A stretch of 64,000 nt of DNA. Source: Diplonema japonicum. Lineage: Eukaryota; Protista; Euglenozoa: Diplonemea. Position 1 is the first letter of the stretch; every line of letters begins with the position of its first letter. Under the pieces are notes generated by a model. It was not told the origin of the DNA. It worked only from the letters and a program-made list of their open reading frames with translations, and did no database searches. A program made the translations under genes and the position numbers. The DNA lies in contig OZ025656.1 in assembly GCA_964019335.1 (NCBI GenBank), positions 783,692 through 847,691 of the forward strand. The letters are read 5' to 3'. Below are positions 62,084-64,000 of this stretch, in pieces.

Positions 62084-63448
62084 ATGTGCAAGGTCATCGT
62101 CATTGGTTCTGGTGCTTCCGGCACTGCGGCTGTCAATCATCTGCTTGATAGTGGCTGCTTCCAAGATGGAGATGTTGTGATGGTAGAAGCACAGCACACC
62201 ACAGGGGGACGCACTGTCAGCGTAAGTGTAGGTGGTGAACCGGTCGATCTTGGGGCTAGTTGGATCGAAGATGCTGGTTGCAACTCTGATGGTGAGATGA
62301 ACCCGATGGTAGTTCTTGCATCAGAGTACCTCGTCGAGCATAAAAGGAGGGGGGGGCACGGAAGGAGCCTTAGGTTCACAACGAAGGCCGATACCACCTC
62401 AGCACTCCAGCAAGCCGGCAGGATGGACAAGGCGGCCATGAGGCATGTTATGGAGGTCCGTACACACCTGCTCCGTAATCCGGAATTGCCTGATATATGC
62501 GTCGCAGATGCTTACGCTGTTGCAGTCGAAAAGTTCCCCCCCCCAACTGAGGAGGTAACCAAGTGGCTCGATTTCTACCAGTCGATGGGCGAGCAGTACT
62601 ATGGTGATTCTTTCAGAAATCTATCGGTTCGCTCTTGGTCGTCACCAGGGATGTACAATGGAGCCGATCAATGGGTGGACGGCGGCTACGGTAATATTGT
62701 TCTGCGACACCTTGAAGCAGCTGTTCGCAAAGGGCTGGAGCTTCATTTGGGTGCAGCGGTGTGCGGTGTAAAGCAGAAACCGAGCGGCAACGTGGAACTT
62801 ACGTTTGAAGACGGCCGCACGATGGAAGCGCAGTATGTGATTTCAACTGTGCCGCTAGGTGTGTTGAAGTGCGATGACATCAAGTTCACGCCAGACCTGC
62901 CTCCTGCGTTCCAAGACTCCATCCAAAGGCTTGGCTTCGGTTTGATGAACAAAGTCGTGTTGGAGTTTGAGTCACCGTTTTGGGGAGATGCCAGCTCCTT
63001 CGCTGTGGCATGTGAGGAGCGTGGGAGGTGGAGGTCGTGGATAGCGCCTTTTGTCGATGAGGCGCCTTATATATTGATATGCTTGGTGTCTAGCAACGCT
63101 GCTGAGAAGTTAGAAGCTATGTCAGATGACGAGATCCAGGCAGACGTGCTACCCATGCTGAACAAAACCGTGTGTCCCAATCTTGACAGACTTCCAAGAC
63201 TGTTGTCGTTCAACTTCAGCAGATGGCAAGGCAACAAGTACATCAAGGGTGGCTACAGTTCATATTCCACTGGTACTACCCCGCAGACTATCGCAACACT
63301 GACACAGCCGCTCTGGGATTCACATCTTTTATTTGCAGGTGAACACACTAACATCGACTACTGCAGTGTGCATGGTGCACACAACTCTGGAATTTGTGCC
63401 GCAAGACACGTAATAAAGCACATGGCACAGTGCTCGACAGGCTTCTAG
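62084..63448 (+). CDS. Flavin-containing amine oxidase (polyamine oxidase/LSD1-like family)
   Basis: VIVIGSGASG (FAD), EA....GGR, DLGASWI, TVPLGVLK...I.F.P.LP, GFGLMNKV, GGYS, LLFAGEHT, VHGA..SG. Intronless. Confidence 0.93.
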   Translation: MCKVIVIGSGASGTAAVNHLLDSGCFQDGDVVMVEAQHTTGGRTVSVSVGGEPVDLGASWIEDAGCNSDGEMNPMVVLASEYLVEHKRRGGHGRSLRFTTKADTTSALQQAGRMDKAAMRHVMEVRTHLLRNPELPDICVADAYAVAVEKFPPPTEEVTKWLDFYQSMGEQYYGDSFRNLSVRSWSSPGMYNGADQWVDGGYGNIVLRHLEAAVRKGLELHLGAAVCGVKQKPSGNVELTFEDGRTMEAQYVISTVPLGVLKCDDIKFTPDLPPAFQDSIQRLGFGLMNKVVLEFESPFWGDASSFAVACEERGRWRSWIAPFVDEAPYILICLVSSNAAEKLEAMSDDEIQADVLPMLNKTVCPNLDRLPRLLSFNFSRWQGNKYIKGGYSSYSTGTTPQTIATLTQPLWDSHLLFAGEHTNIDYCSVHGAHNSGICAARHVIKHMAQCSTGF

Positions 63449-63757
63449 CTTAGTACTTCTCCTTATCCTTAAGAACGTACGTCTCCGTAACTTACAAAAT
63501 CTCAGTACCTACGTGCCTTTCCTAGTATTGTACAGAGAACTTCTAGTATTGAGACAGAACTCTTTGATTGCTTTTCTCCTAGCCCATTTTCTTTTACTTT
63601 TTACTTTCTATTGTTGTTCGCAAATCACAGAAGTTCTAAAACATCATAGGAATGTTCTTACCTGACTTCCTCCAGCAGTTGTTGCTGAGAGCTGGAGAAG
63701 GAGGTGCAACGTGCAACTTCATCCCCTCCCCCCTCAACACAAAAAAAAAAAATGAAG

Positions 63758-64000
63758 CCCGCAAACCCGCAAACCCGCAAACCCGCAAACCCGCAAACCC
63801 GCAAACCCGCAAACCCGCAAACCCGCAAACCCGCAAACCCGCAAACCCGCAAACCCGCAAACCCGCAAACCCGCAAACCCGCAAACCCGCAAACCCGCAA
63901 ACCCGCAAACCCGCAAACCCGCAAACCCGCAAACCCGCAAACCCGCAAACCCGCAAACCCGCAAACCCGCAAACCCGCAAACCCGCAAACCCGCAAACCC
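63758..64000. repeat. Perfect 8-bp tandem array (CCCGCAAA)n = (TTTGCGGG)n on minus strand, at least 30 copies, running off the window
   Basis: Read directly; begins after an A12 tract and tgaag. Confidence 0.97.

Larger units (their letters stand above)
1..63448 (+). other. Unidirectional (probably polycistronic) gene cluster with short GT-AG introns
   Basis: Every recognisable protein family is on +. Spacers are often under 100 nt. YAG just upstream of ATGs (e.g. ctcag-gtacc-ATG 12588, taacag-gaa-ATG 22660, catag-gg-ATG 26155, gacag-gg-ATG 35137, cacag-ATG 47946). Consistent with euglenozoan SL trans-splicing. Confidence 0.8.

Noticed and set aside
63521-63562. Imperfect ~21-nt direct repeat (ctagtattg...agaac) in the last 3' UTR
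   Set aside because: Two degenerate copies only; likely local slippage.
63636-63996. ORFs with repeating RVCGFAGL
   Set aside because: Translation of the stop-free 8-bp array in all three minus frames.
1-64000. Alternative genetic code, tRNA/rRNA genes, transposons, CRISPR
   Set aside because: All but one ORF break is resolved by GT-AG introns and TAA, TAG and TGA all end genes; no cloverleaf, rRNA, RT/transposase or repeat-spacer pattern found.

Overview
Eukaryotic nuclear DNA, most likely a euglenozoan protist (diplonemid-like; this is inference). About 24 protein genes all lie on the + strand, head to tail, as one directional gene cluster. Most ATGs sit about 0-15 nt behind a YAG that looks like a spliced-leader trans-splice acceptor. 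I can place about 85 short GT-AG cis-introns by hand, mostly 30-39 nt, with a GTATG donor and A/C-rich ...CAG acceptor. The left end holds a tandem pair of giant cell-surface receptor genes (10 PAN/Apple modules, EGF, C-type lectin, TM, PDZ) with near-identical GC3-rich bodies but divergent C-terminal tails. Next come an F-box membrane protein, TMTC, eIF2B-delta, a TTBK/CK1 kinase with a CaaX tail, Plus3-RING, amidase, PRP38B and a UBR N-recognin E3. After these are an Ig-repeat/PDZ protein, a ~4000-aa ankyrin/PDZ/filamin/Mib-repeat protein, a degenerate TruD with a RanBP2 finger, UBZ-PTEN, CLU-like, PPR and flavin amine oxidase genes. The window ends in a perfect (CCCGCAAA)n array, telomere-like but in the wrong orientation for a right-hand chromosome end. 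All gene models are manual splice reconstructions without RNA evidence.
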